DNA of 64,000 bases from Polyangiaceae bacterium (GTDB lineage Bacteria; Myxococcota_A; Polyangia; Polyangiales; Polyangiaceae): positions 40,334 through 104,333 of the forward strand of contig JAPSGB010000013.1 of assembly GCA_035063585.1 (NCBI GenBank). The letters are read 5' to 3'. The translations under genes were made by a program, and so were the position numbers. This document shows positions 50,086 through 59,422 of this stretch, in pieces. The notes beneath the pieces are model-generated. The model was not told the origin of the DNA. It saw only the letters and a program-made list of their open reading frames with translations, and made no database searches. The stretch's first letter is position 1. Every line of letters begins with the position of its first letter.

Positions 50086-51765
50086 TCAACCCTGATAGAC
50101 CTCATCCTGTTCGATGCGGCTGAGCACCCAGTCGAACTCCCCTCTCGTGAGCGTGGCCCGGCAGTACCCGCACTCACCGGCTGCGTCGAGAGCAAGGGCC
50201 GCGCCGCACGACGGGCAGACGGGCTCGGTCCGGGCAGGGCCCTTCGCCCCGGTGCCTCGAATGAACGTCCAGTACTCGGTATACGCTCGGGGAGCGCTGC
50301 GGCTTCCTCCGACGATCGCCCGGTCGGCGTCCCGGACCGTGTAATCGAGGCTCGATGCGTAGATGCGCACGGTGATCGCATCGTAGAAGTGATCGCTCGT
50401 CACCCGCACCAGCTCGATCCGGGAAATCGTGGCGTTCTCGGTGATGTTGCGGAGGCCGGAGCGACGGTACGCCTCGATCCAGTAGGTCTGGGCTCGCCAG
50501 AGGTTGTCGCTCAAGAACGGTCGCACGAGCGGCCAGTCGAGCGACGACCACGCGACTTGCATGGTGCGGAACACGAGCTCCACGCGAGCGAGGAAGGCGC
50601 GGTCGTCGAAGCTGGGATCCCGCTCGCGAAGCGCCGCGCTCATCGCGCCGAGGCGCGGATCCAGCAGGGTCGGGAGCGCGGTGCCGGTCTCTTCGGCGGT
50701 CCCCGTGAGGCTCGGCGGGCGCTCCTCGCGTGCGACCAGCCCGATCGAGGTGACGACCCAGTCGAAGGCCCCGGTATTGACCGTCTGCTGACAATATCGA
50801 CAGGTGGCTCCGACGAGCTGGTCGGCGGGCGCTCCGCAGTTCGGGCAGTCGAACGCGCGCACGCGCTCGGGCGGGCGGCTGCGCGCGCTCACGGCGCGCG
50901 TCAGCTCCCAGAGCTCCCGCGACCAGTAGCTCCGAGGCCGACCGCCGGGTGGTGCTTCGGTGTAATTGGCTTCGATCGAGAGCACGACTCGGACCGTACC
51001 GTCGGTGAGGCTCACGGCCGTGTAGCCGAGAGCGCCGACGACGACGTCGCTCACGGGGACCATCCCCGTCGCCTCGAGGGCCTGCAAGGCGCTCGGTCCG
51101 AGCCACGGCGAGAAGCGCGCCAGCTGCCCCCTCCCGCGAGCCACCTCTAGCTCGGTGTACAAGGAGTAGACGAAATCCTCGAACGATACCACGGAGAAGC
51201 CGGGGTCGGCGCGCTCGAGCGCCTCCAGGCTCTGCCGCGAGCCGGCGCTGCGAGGCTCGCTGGCGGCGGTCATCGCGCGCGCCGTCGACCAGCCGCGCGA
51301 GAGGCGCGCGAGTCGCACGAAGAGGAAGACGGCGAGCGCCAGGAACGCGGAGAACACCGCCCCGATCCCGATGAGCAGCGCGAGCCCGACCAGCGTCGCC
51401 TCGCGCTCATCGGCACCGGTCACGCGCGTCCGTTCCGGTCGCGCGGGTCGCGGCCCGTACGGGGACGGCGCGCCCGGCGTCCAACGGGCGGCCCGGCTGG
51501 CCGCGTCTCCGACCCGCGTCGTGACGGTGGGGATGGGTTTGGGTTTCGGCGGCGCGCTGGGGCTCGAACCGCGAGCATCCGAGGAAGAACCAGTCGAGTC
51601 CGAGGAAGACCAACTCGAGCCCGACGAGGACCTGTGCGAGCCAGAGGAATCGCCGCTCGACGAGCCCGAGCTGAAGGTGCTCCCGCCGCCCGGGCGCGCG
51701 AGCGCGCTCGCGGGCGCACTGGCGAGCGCGACCGCGATGACGACCCGGGCAGCGCGCCGGCTCAT
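50086..51765 (-). CDS. Tim44-like domain protein with two zinc ribbons
   Basis: Signal peptide then ARPGGGS Ser-rich segment, TM helix, two Tim44-like repeats (DPGFS..ELWEL / DPSFD..EYWTF), each followed by CPxCGA...CxYC. Confidence 0.78.
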   Translation of the reverse strand: MSRRAARVVIAVALASAPASALARPGGGSTFSSGSSSGDSSGSHRSSSGSSWSSSDSTGSSSDARGSSPSAPPKPKPIPTVTTRVGDAASRAARWTPGAPSPYGPRPARPERTRVTGADEREATLVGLALLIGIGAVFSAFLALAVFLFVRLARLSRGWSTARAMTAASEPRSAGSRQSLEALERADPGFSVVSFEDFVYSLYTELEVARGRGQLARFSPWLGPSALQALEATGMVPVSDVVVGALGYTAVSLTDGTVRVVLSIEANYTEAPPGGRPRSYWSRELWELTRAVSARSRPPERVRAFDCPNCGAPADQLVGATCRYCQQTVNTGAFDWVVTSIGLVAREERPPSLTGTAEETGTALPTLLDPRLGAMSAALRERDPSFDDRAFLARVELVFRTMQVAWSSLDWPLVRPFLSDNLWRAQTYWIEAYRRSGLRNITENATISRIELVRVTSDHFYDAITVRIYASSLDYTVRDADRAIVGGSRSAPRAYTEYWTFIRGTGAKGPARTEPVCPSCGAALALDAAGECGYCRATLTRGEFDWVLSRIEQDEVYQG

Positions 51766-52388
51766 GACACCACGGCGTCCGGTAGCTCGTTGACGTCGTC
51801 CGCGGCGTGCGGACGAACGGGCGCGAGGGCGTCGCCGAGCGCGCTCAGCCCTCGCACCAGCTCCTCGAGCCCGCCGCTCCGAAGCGCGCCGCGAATCGTG
51901 GCGACGGCGCGGGCGCCACCGTCGCCGAGCGTCGCGAGGTCGAGCCCGACGTCGAAGACGACCTCGAGCTCTCGCTCGAAGAGCGACGCGTAGATGAGGA
52001 TGCCGGTGCGGCCGCGAGTGCGAGTGATGCGCTGGTCGTGAAACTCGGTGAGCGCCGCGCGGCGGACGTTTCGACGCAGCGTCGCGCGTCGCAGGAGGAG
52101 CCGCCGGAGCGGCCAGAATTGCGAAGAGAGGAAGACCGAGACGAGGAAGAGGGCGAGGAGCGCCGGAGGCATCGGGTCATCGGCGAAGACCACCGGGAAG
52201 TAGACGTAAACGACGAGCGCGACGAAACACATCGCGCTCGCGAACGTGAGGTCCGCGGCGCGATAATCACCCGAGGAGCGCCGAACCGTCACCACGACCT
52301 CCGCGGCACACTTCTGTTCGAGCTCGGCGACGGCCCGCTCCACGCGCGCCTGAGCCTCCTGCTCGAGCCAGCTTCGGAGACTCGTCAT
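51762..52388 (-). CDS. TPM-domain membrane protein
   Basis: AVAELEQKCAAEVV, TRGRTGILIY, DVNELPD. Confidence 0.82.
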   Translation of the reverse strand: MTSLRSWLEQEAQARVERAVAELEQKCAAEVVVTVRRSSGDYRAADLTFASAMCFVALVVYVYFPVVFADDPMPPALLALFLVSVFLSSQFWPLRRLLLRRATLRRNVRRAALTEFHDQRITRTRGRTGILIYASLFERELEVVFDVGLDLATLGDGGARAVATIRGALRSGGLEELVRGLSALGDALAPVRPHAADDVNELPDAVVS

Positions 52389-52396
52389 GCACTCCC

Positions 52397-53134
52397 TCAG
52401 GGGATCACGGTGACGCCGCGGAGGTTCTTCTCCGCGGCCTCCTTCAAGGCCGCCGCGACCCCGCCCACGAGGTCACTCTCGAGCTCGGCTTCACTCGGTA
52501 GCATCGGAAACGACTCGCGCGAGGTGGCCTGAAACCGCGTCGCCCCGAGCAGCTCGGCGGACGCGAGCGAGTAGACGAGGAGCTCACCCGCCACGAGCCC
52601 GCCGTCGAAGTCGTAGCGCCGGCGCTCCGTATCCGCGGTGGACGCCGGGCGCGGCGCGCCCGGGCGCAGGAAGGTGTCCGTGCGGATGACGAAGAGGTAA
52701 TGGAGCCGCTCGCAGGCGTCATAGAGCTGCGCGGCTTCATTGCCGAAGACCGCGCGCGGCTGCGTCGCCGGGCTCGCTGGGTCCCAGGGTCGCCGCTCGG
52801 TGTGCGCCGCGGCCGCGCAGCGTGACACCAAGCTCCCGCCCGGGAGCCTCGCGTACACGAGCCCGAGCTCGTCGAAATCCTCGAAGTCCTCCGCGTAGAT
52901 GAAGGCCGCGTTCCCGCTACGGGCGGGCTGAGTGAGCGGGAGCGACGCGTGGAGCGTGCCGGGCTCGGGCCTGGCCGGGTATGGCGCCCGAGCCACCGCC
53001 GCGCCCACCGCCTTCGCACGCCTGAGCACCTGCTCGATCCTGGCACCGCGCTCGCGGTTCACTTCGTCGACGGTAGGACCGCACGCGATCACGACGGCGG
53101 CGATCCACGGCAGCAGGTAGGCGAGCTGACTCAT
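52397..53134 (-). CDS. hypothetical lipoprotein
   Basis: Lipobox VIAC; co-oriented with the TPM/Tim44 genes. Confidence 0.7.
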   Translation of the reverse strand: MSQLAYLLPWIAAVVIACGPTVDEVNRERGARIEQVLRRAKAVGAAVARAPYPARPEPGTLHASLPLTQPARSGNAAFIYAEDFEDFDELGLVYARLPGGSLVSRCAAAAHTERRPWDPASPATQPRAVFGNEAAQLYDACERLHYLFVIRTDTFLRPGAPRPASTADTERRRYDFDGGLVAGELLVYSLASAELLGATRFQATSRESFPMLPSEAELESDLVGGVAAALKEAAEKNLRGVTVIP

Positions 53135-53377
53135 GCGCCGCGGCCCGCGCGCGCACCGCGACGCTGAACGCTCGCCGCGGGCTCACCTGCTGGAAACCAC
53201 ATCGTGCGTCTCGCACACTAGCACGCGGCAGGTCGACTCGGATCCGAGCGCCGGGGCGGGCGCGAGAGTGTCGTCCACCTGCGCCCACGTCGCGCAGGAG
53301 CCCTCCGGGGGTTGGGTGTCGGACCGGCGCGGGACCGCTGCGCGCAGGCTTTGCGCGGTGGGCGGCTCGCGAGCAGC

Positions 53378-53394
53378 TGCGACAAAGTACCGCA
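53378..53394. promoter_or_regulatory. RegA/PrrA-type binding box
   Basis: TGCGACAAAGTACCGCA; the reverse complement contains GCGGT-N5-GTCGC vs consensus GCGGC-N5-GTCGC; 41 bp upstream of the operon encoding RegB/RegA. Confidence 0.65.
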
Positions 53395-53435
53395 TCGCAC
53401 GGCGCCCGTCGCGACATCAGACTCGGCTCACCCAC

Positions 53436-53861
53436 ATGACCATCACCAGACTGTCCGCTGCGCTCGGGTTTCTGCTCGCTCTCGGCTCCACCGCCTGTGG
53501 CGGGAGCGAACACGCCTCCGAGGGCGTGGACGCCTCGGACGCCCTGAAATCCCAGTCCGGCGCGTATCTCGTCCGCTACACACCCATCCCGGATCCGCCG
53601 GTGACCGGCAAGAACCAGCTCACGCTGGAGCTCACGCGGGCCAAGGGAGGCGCGGTCGACGACGCCACGCTCGAGGTCACGCCGTGGATGCCGGCCATGG
53701 GCCACGGCTCGCCAGTCCAACCGACCGTGCAGAACCTCGGGAGCGGGAGATATTCGGTCGACGACCTCGGCTACACCATGCCCGGCCGCTGGGAGGTGCA
53801 AGTCGCGCTCACCGACGCCCGCGTCGTCGACCAGGTCGTGATCGAGCTCGATGTGCGCTAG
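53436..53861 (+). CDS. YtkA/FixH-like lipoprotein
   Basis: Lipobox TAC; GKNQL, PWMPAMGHGS, GRY, TMPGRWEV. Confidence 0.82.
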   Translation: MTITRLSAALGFLLALGSTACGGSEHASEGVDASDALKSQSGAYLVRYTPIPDPPVTGKNQLTLELTRAKGGAVDDATLEVTPWMPAMGHGSPVQPTVQNLGSGRYSVDDLGYTMPGRWEVQVALTDARVVDQVVIELDVR

Positions 53862-54840
53862 TCGAGCGCCAGTCGCGCTCGCTCGGGTGATGGGCGCGCT
53901 GGCGGTCGCCCTCACGCTCACGCTCGGGGCGAGCAGCGCGCGCGCGCAGGCCTGCTGCACGGCCACGGGCTCGAGCGGCTTTGGCGTGGTCGGGCGATGC
54001 TACTTCGCAGCGCTCGCGAGCGAGCTGTCCTACGAGCGCGGCTTCGGCGCGTTCGACGCCAAAGGGCGCTTCGCGCCGCTATCGCGCGCGGAGGCCGACG
54101 ATGTCGTGCTCGCGCTCGCCGGGGGGGTCCGCCTCGGCACCCCGATGCTCCAGCTCTACGGCAGCGTGCCGGTGCGCTTTCAGTACCGCGACCTCCACGG
54201 CCTCCCTGCAGCGAGCGCGGTCGGCTTCGGGGACTCCTCGGCGACGCTCCGCGCCATGACGCTGGAGGATCGCATGACCGGGATCGATCTCTCACGCCCC
54301 GCGACGCTGATACCGTTCGTCGAGCCGTTCATCGGCGTGCGGGTGCCAACCGGGCGCCCCGCGACCCGATCGAGCGAGCCCACCGGGGTCGACGCGATGG
54401 GAGAAGGTGGCTGGGCCGTCTCCGCCGGCGTGGCGCTCACCAAGTACGTCACCCTGAGCACGGCTGCCAGCGTCACGGCGTCTTACGGCAGGCGCTTGCC
54501 GTACTCGGTGGAGCGAGGGACGCGCTCCTCGAAGTTCCAGCCGGGTGATGAGCTCGACGTCCGCCTCGGCGTCGTGCACGTCTTCGACTTGCTATGGTCG
54601 GCGAGCGGATTCGTGAGCGGTCGATTCACGGCGGAGTCCAGTCTCGGAGGGGCAGGCATCCGTGATAGTCAGACGCGCCGCATCCGGCTCGGCGCCGGCG
54701 TCGAGCGTTACCTCGTGTTCCCCACCTGGCAGCTCGGCTTGTCGGCGTCGCTGGATCCGCCGCTCGCCGGCTTCGGCCAGAACCTCCCCTTCGCAGGCAC
54801 CACCCTCTCACTGTCGATGCAGCGCAATTTCACCTGGTAG
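53851..54840 (+). CDS. putative outer-membrane beta-barrel transporter
   Basis: Signal peptide ending ARA, mature N-terminus QACC, GFGD, VPTG motifs, amphipathic strands, terminal aromatic (FTW); start may be 53890. Confidence 0.7.
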   Translation: MCASRAPVALARVMGALAVALTLTLGASSARAQACCTATGSSGFGVVGRCYFAALASELSYERGFGAFDAKGRFAPLSRAEADDVVLALAGGVRLGTPMLQLYGSVPVRFQYRDLHGLPAASAVGFGDSSATLRAMTLEDRMTGIDLSRPATLIPFVEPFIGVRVPTGRPATRSSEPTGVDAMGEGGWAVSAGVALTKYVTLSTAASVTASYGRRLPYSVERGTRSSKFQPGDELDVRLGVVHVFDLLWSASGFVSGRFTAESSLGGAGIRDSQTRRIRLGAGVERYLVFPTWQLGLSASLDPPLAGFGQNLPFAGTTLSLSMQRNFTW

Positions 54841-54844
54841 AAGC

Positions 54845-55210
54845 ATGGCACGACGGATCGTCATCTGGGCTCTCCTCACCTTCGCGGTGGCCAGCGCGTG
54901 CGCGCCGCCGGGGGGAGCGCCGCCCCCCGACGCGGCGCTCATCGAGGCCCGCTTGGCGCAGCCGTACGGCGCCAAAGTGTTCAACTTGCGCTGCGCGTCC
55001 TGCCACGGTGAGGTCGGCAACGCGCCGGGGTATCCAGTCGTCATGGGGCCGGGCGCGCTCCAGGGCTTCGCGGACCAGGAGTCCCTGTGCGAATACATCG
55101 CGGCCTACATGCCTCCCGGCTCGAGCCGCCTGGCTCGCGAGGACGCGCAGGCGACCTGCGACTACCTGGGCCGGATCGCGCGCGTACCGCGCCGCGGCGG
55201 CGGCCCCTGA
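54845..55210 (+). CDS. monoheme cytochrome c lipoprotein
   Basis: Lipobox ASAC, CASCH heme motif, distal Met in YMPP. Confidence 0.85.
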   Translation: MARRIVIWALLTFAVASACAPPGGAPPPDAALIEARLAQPYGAKVFNLRCASCHGEVGNAPGYPVVMGPGALQGFADQESLCEYIAAYMPPGSSRLAREDAQATCDYLGRIARVPRRGGGP

Positions 55211-55278
55211 GCTACCGCGCCGGACCGGCACCGAGGAGCTCGGAGCGGGCGCTGGCTCGGGATGGGGACGCGGGCTAA

Positions 55279-56553
55279 GTGAGCGGTGTGAGCGCTCCCG
55301 TCGCGATGACCGACGTTCATCGGCTGAACCTCACGTGGCTCGTGCGCCTGCGCTGGGCGATCATCGCTGGGCAGACGCTGACGGTGCTCGGGGTGCAGTA
55401 TCTCATGCGGGTCGAGCTGCCGCTCCTCCCGCTCTTCGCGAGCATCGCGCTCGAGGCGGCAACCAACGTAGCGGTGATGGTGTGGCTAGCGCGCCGCACC
55501 GAGTGCAGCGAAATGCCGGCCGCTACGCTCATCACGCTCGATCTCCTGCTCTTCACCGGGCTGCTCTATTTCACTGGCGGCCCGACCAACCCGTTCAGCT
55601 CGCTCTACCTGGTCCATATCGCGCTCTCCACGCTGGTGCTCCGGCCACGGCTCACCTGGGCGCTGGTCGGGCTCTCGCTGATCTGCTCGGCCGGGCTGTT
55701 CGCGGCGCACGTCCCGCTCGACATGCCGCACGAGCACGCGATGACGGGCGAATCCAGCCTGCATCTGAAGGGGATGTGGGTGGCGCTCGGCGTCTCGGCG
55801 AGCTTCATCGTGTATTTCTTGAGTCGGGTGCGGGGCTCTCTCGCGGAGCGCGACCGCGCGCTCGAGGGAGCTCGGGAGCGACAGCGTCGCGACGAGCGCG
55901 TGACCGCGCTCGCGACCCTCGCGGCCGGCGCGGCGCACGAGCTCGCGCAGCCGCTGTCTACCATCGCGATCATCTCGAAGGAGCTCGAGCGGAGCCTCGC
56001 GCGCGACGACGACGCGAGCCGGCTCGAAGACGCGAGGCTCATCCGCGCCGAGGTCGGGCGCTGCAAGGAGATCTTGAGCGAGCTCGCGACCGGCGTCGGG
56101 CACGCCCACGGTGAGATGACCGAACCGGCGAGTATCACCGCGCTCGTCGCCGCCGCGCTCGACGGCCTTCCGAGCGACGCGCGCGCACGCGTTCGGGTGG
56201 ACGTGAGCGACGACATCGACACGGTGCATGTCCCGTCGACGCTCCTGGTGCGCGCGCTCAAGAACGTGCTCACCAACGCGCTTAGCCCCGCGGTCGGGGC
56301 GCTCCGCGTCGAGGTCTCGGCGCGCAGAGTCGAAGGGCGCCTACGCCTCGAGATCCGGGATGACGGCACGGGGATGTCCGAGGCGGTGCGAGAGCGGGCC
56401 ACCGAGCCCTTCTTCACCACCAAGCCCGCGGGCGCCGGGATGGGGCTCGGGCTCTTCGTGACGGCGAATCTCCTCGAGCAGCTCGGGGGCAGGCTCGAGC
56501 TCGTCTCCGAGCCAGGCCGTGGCACGCTAGCGGCCCTGGAGCTGCCCTCATGA
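55279..56553 (+). CDS. regB: RegB/PrrB-family sensor histidine kinase
   Basis: LVRLRW, TGGPTNPF quinone-site motif, AAHELAQPL H-box, conserved Cys (GRCKEIL), EPFFTTK, GMGLGL. Confidence 0.88.
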   Translation: MSGVSAPVAMTDVHRLNLTWLVRLRWAIIAGQTLTVLGVQYLMRVELPLLPLFASIALEAATNVAVMVWLARRTECSEMPAATLITLDLLLFTGLLYFTGGPTNPFSSLYLVHIALSTLVLRPRLTWALVGLSLICSAGLFAAHVPLDMPHEHAMTGESSLHLKGMWVALGVSASFIVYFLSRVRGSLAERDRALEGARERQRRDERVTALATLAAGAAHELAQPLSTIAIISKELERSLARDDDASRLEDARLIRAEVGRCKEILSELATGVGHAHGEMTEPASITALVAAALDGLPSDARARVRVDVSDDIDTVHVPSTLLVRALKNVLTNALSPAVGALRVEVSARRVEGRLRLEIRDDGTGMSEAVRERATEPFFTTKPAGAGMGLGLFVTANLLEQLGGRLELVSEPGRGTLAALELPS

Positions 56554-57098
56554 GCGAAGCGCTCGACCAGCAGACGATCCTCGTCGTCGACGACGACGAC
56601 GTGCTCCGCGCGACCTTGGTGCGCGCATTCGCGGGTCGCGGATTCACGGCGACCGGCGCGCGCGACTACGACGAGGCGCTCGCGGTGGCCGAGCGTGATC
56701 CGCCAGAGCTCTGCGTCGTCGATCTCCGAATGCCCGGGCGCGGTGGCCTCGAGCTGCTAGAGGCGCTAAAGCGCATGGAGCCCGAGATCGCAGTGGTGGT
56801 GCTGAGCGGCTACGGGAGCATCGCGACCGCCATCGACGCGCTTCGTCTCGGCGCCGTCTACTTCCTCCCGAAGCCCGCCGACGCCGACGAGATCCTCGCG
56901 GCGTTCGCCCGCGGGGCCGCGCCACCCTCGACCGACGTGAGCGCCGCGCGCGCGCCGTCCTTGGCGCGCGCGGAGTGGGAGCACATCCAGCGGGTACTCG
57001 CCGATTGCGAAGGGAACGTGAGCGAGGCGGCGCGACGGCTCGGGATCCATCGGAGATCGTTACAGCGAAAGCTGCAGAAGCAGCCGCCCTGCGCGTGA
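56550..57098 (+). CDS. regA: RegA/PrrA-family response regulator
   Basis: Receiver (VDDD, VDLRMP, SGYGSIATA) plus EWEHIQRVL...NVSEAARRLGIHRRSLQRKL. Confidence 0.92.
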   Translation: MSEALDQQTILVVDDDDVLRATLVRAFAGRGFTATGARDYDEALAVAERDPPELCVVDLRMPGRGGLELLEALKRMEPEIAVVVLSGYGSIATAIDALRLGAVYFLPKPADADEILAAFARGAAPPSTDVSAARAPSLARAEWEHIQRVLADCEGNVSEAARRLGIHRRSLQRKLQKQPPCA

Positions 57099-57186
57099 GC
57101 GCGGAAACCGCGACGGGTCGCCTCGGTTCCGGAGGAAGCTCCAGGCCGTTGACGATGACCTCGAGCGCGCCGGCGCGCCGCCGGGC

Positions 57187-58956
57187 TCAGGGCTGCGAGC
57201 CGGCTACCGTGCCGTCCGCGAAACGGCAGGGCGAGCTCGGAGCGAGGCGCGGATCGCTCGCGCCGAGAAATCCGGGCTCACCCCAGACCGACGCGGTGTC
57301 CTGGCCTCGCGCCGTCCATGCGGCAAAGCTCTCCATCTCTCTCCCGACTCGGAACCCGGAGTCATTCTCCGGCGCATAGAGGCAATTGCGATCGATCCGA
57401 AGCGTCGTGAGGGGTGGGTCACTCGTATACCGGACGAGATCGTACATCCACTGCGTGTCTTCCGCGGCTCCGAAGGGGCGATCGACGAAGAAGATGTTGC
57501 CGGAGACATCGATCGGCTCTCTCGGCAGATATTGGAGCATGAGCGCGCTCTCTTGCGGTCGAATGACGGTATTGTGTTCGATGCGCTGATCGCCCGCGTC
57601 GGTGTGCGGACCCGGGTCGGTCATGCCGAGCATGATCCCTTTGTCGTTATCAATGAAGGTCGAGTATCGAATGCGGAGCCCGTCGTCCATCCCGCCGAAG
57701 CCGTAGGTGCTCCCCTCGTCGCGGACCCGATGAAAGGTGACCGCCCCGGGCCCCGCGTGCTTCACCTTGAAGCCGACCACGCTACCCGATGATTCGCTCT
57801 CGATGGCGTAGGCAGACGAGTCGGGACCGTCGTCGGCGTAGGTGAGATAGTTCGAGTTGTTCCAGAGGGGCCCATCGCTCTTGTCACGGTCGTAATTGTC
57901 GCGGGCCTGGCATCGATGCGCCACGTTCTCGACGCCGTGGAAGAGGAAGCCGGTGCAGTTGTTCGCCTGCGACCAGTCGCTGTCGTGCACGTAGAGCCGC
58001 TGAAACACCAGGTGTTCCCCGGTGGCGATGGCGCCTCCCCGCTCACTCGCGCTGGCCCCTTGCACCTCGAGGTCGCGAGCGATGACGTACTCGGCATCAT
58101 AGAGCCAGAGCCCGTGTGACCCCTGCTGGCAGTCGATGAGGACGCGCTCGCCAGGATAGCCGAGCACCTCGCCGGGGTCGTTGGCGGTGAAGTGTGCTCC
58201 GCGGGTCGGTGACGACACCCCGGAGACCTCCCACCGCCAGTCGACCGCGTACGTCCCCCCGCGAATGATGAGCGTCTTCGCGAGATTGGGCTTCAGCGCC
58301 TGGAGCCCCCGCTCGATGGTGGGAAACGGATCATCGTAGGTACCCTGCGCTCCAGGCGCGCCGTTCGGCGCCACGAACACGAACCCGCTCGTCTTCACCT
58401 CGAGGTTCACCTGGACCCGCGCGGAGCCACCAGCGCGCGTGCGCATTTCCACGGCGAAGGCGTGGGCGCCGAGATCCGCGTCACTCGGCGCCCAGTGGAT
58501 CGTCCCGGCGCCGTCGATGGTCATCCCGGTGGGGGCCTGCTCGAGCGCGTAGCAGAGGTCATGACCGTCTTCGTCGTACGCGACCATCGTGTACGTGAAG
58601 GGGAGGTTCGGATAGGCGCGCACCGGCTTCGGCCAGAACACCTTCGGCGACGCGGCACCGGAAGTGATGTCCGCGCAGGTCGCCGCGGCGCCGCCACCCG
58701 TCCCGCCGCTCCCTCCGGCGCCGGCCTGACCAGCGCCGCCGCCGCTCGAGCCCGACGCGCCGGCGCTGCCCCCGGTCGAGCTCGACCCTCCTGCGCCGCC
58801 GCCGGAACCCGCCGCGCCGGCGGAGCCGCCGCCGGAACCCGCCGCGCCGGCGGAGCCCGACGGACCTCCGTTCGACGCATCATCACCGCACGCAGTAGTG
58901 AGAGCGAGCCACCCGAGCGTGAGCCCAATCCATGGACCAAAGTGACGACGTAGCAT
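57187..58956 (-). CDS. secreted lipoprotein with Ig-like (He_PIG-type) domain and right-handed beta-helix
   Basis: Lipobox TAC, Gly linker, APTGMTIDGAGTIHWAP, FVAPNG..GTYDDPFPTI, LIIRGGTY, repeated 'IRYSTF/IEHNTV/VSGNIF' coils. Confidence 0.75.
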   Translation of the reverse strand: MLRRHFGPWIGLTLGWLALTTACGDDASNGGPSGSAGAAGSGGGSAGAAGSGGGAGGSSSTGGSAGASGSSGGGAGQAGAGGSGGTGGGAAATCADITSGAASPKVFWPKPVRAYPNLPFTYTMVAYDEDGHDLCYALEQAPTGMTIDGAGTIHWAPSDADLGAHAFAVEMRTRAGGSARVQVNLEVKTSGFVFVAPNGAPGAQGTYDDPFPTIERGLQALKPNLAKTLIIRGGTYAVDWRWEVSGVSSPTRGAHFTANDPGEVLGYPGERVLIDCQQGSHGLWLYDAEYVIARDLEVQGASASERGGAIATGEHLVFQRLYVHDSDWSQANNCTGFLFHGVENVAHRCQARDNYDRDKSDGPLWNNSNYLTYADDGPDSSAYAIESESSGSVVGFKVKHAGPGAVTFHRVRDEGSTYGFGGMDDGLRIRYSTFIDNDKGIMLGMTDPGPHTDAGDQRIEHNTVIRPQESALMLQYLPREPIDVSGNIFFVDRPFGAAEDTQWMYDLVRYTSDPPLTTLRIDRNCLYAPENDSGFRVGREMESFAAWTARGQDTASVWGEPGFLGASDPRLAPSSPCRFADGTVAGSQP

Positions 58957-59077
58957 CCCCGGCTCCTTCGGCTTCCGGCGCCACGAGGTCCGTCGCGCCG
59001 CGCATGCACACTCCGGGTCCGACTCTATCACGGAAGCCATTTCGCGCGCGCCGCGCCCCAACGCGACCGCTTCGATT

Positions 59078-59219
59078 GCAGCGCCGCGGGCAGTCGGCTC
59101 GACGGAAGCCGGGCGCCAAGACCAGCCACGCGCTGCGGCGACCGTCGCGATAGCAGCGCCGCGGACAGTCGGCTCGACGGAAGCCGGGCGCCAAGACCAG
59201 CCACGCGCCGCCGCGACCG
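59078..59219. repeat. intergenic direct duplication, 75-bp period, 2 copies
   Basis: gcagcgccgcgg(g/a)cagtcggctcgacggaagccgggcgccaagaccagccacgcgc at 59078 and 59153. Confidence 0.9.
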
Positions 59220-59287
59220 CCCGCTTCACCGCCGGGCCGAGCGGCCACGAAGCTGAGAGCCTGCGGCGGTGGTGGGACACGCCGCGA

Positions 59288-59422
59288 CGCCGGCCGCGCC
59301 GGACCGACAAGTCGATGAGCGCTCACCCGAGGCGGCGCCGCGCAACCGCACACGTCGCAACCGGCGCAGGGAGCGGGCTCGTGGTGGCGGTGGGAGAGAA
59401 TGCCGGTTCGGCGCGGCCGGCG
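59288..59422. repeat. MITE/REP-like element with 22-bp imperfect inverted repeats
   Basis: cgccggccgcgccggaccgaca (59288-59309) / tgccggttcggcgcggccggcg (59401-59422), 2 mismatches. Confidence 0.7.

Noticed and set aside
53183..53395. Small minus-strand Cys-containing ORF in the divergent promoter region
   Set aside because: TTG/GTG-type start overlapping the RegA box, weak codon bias and no motif; cannot be supported
58957..59310. N-terminal extension of the 707-aa ORF containing a repeated AAARGWSWRPASVEPT
   Set aside because: Translation of the intergenic 75-bp duplication; the signal peptide and lipobox begin at 58956
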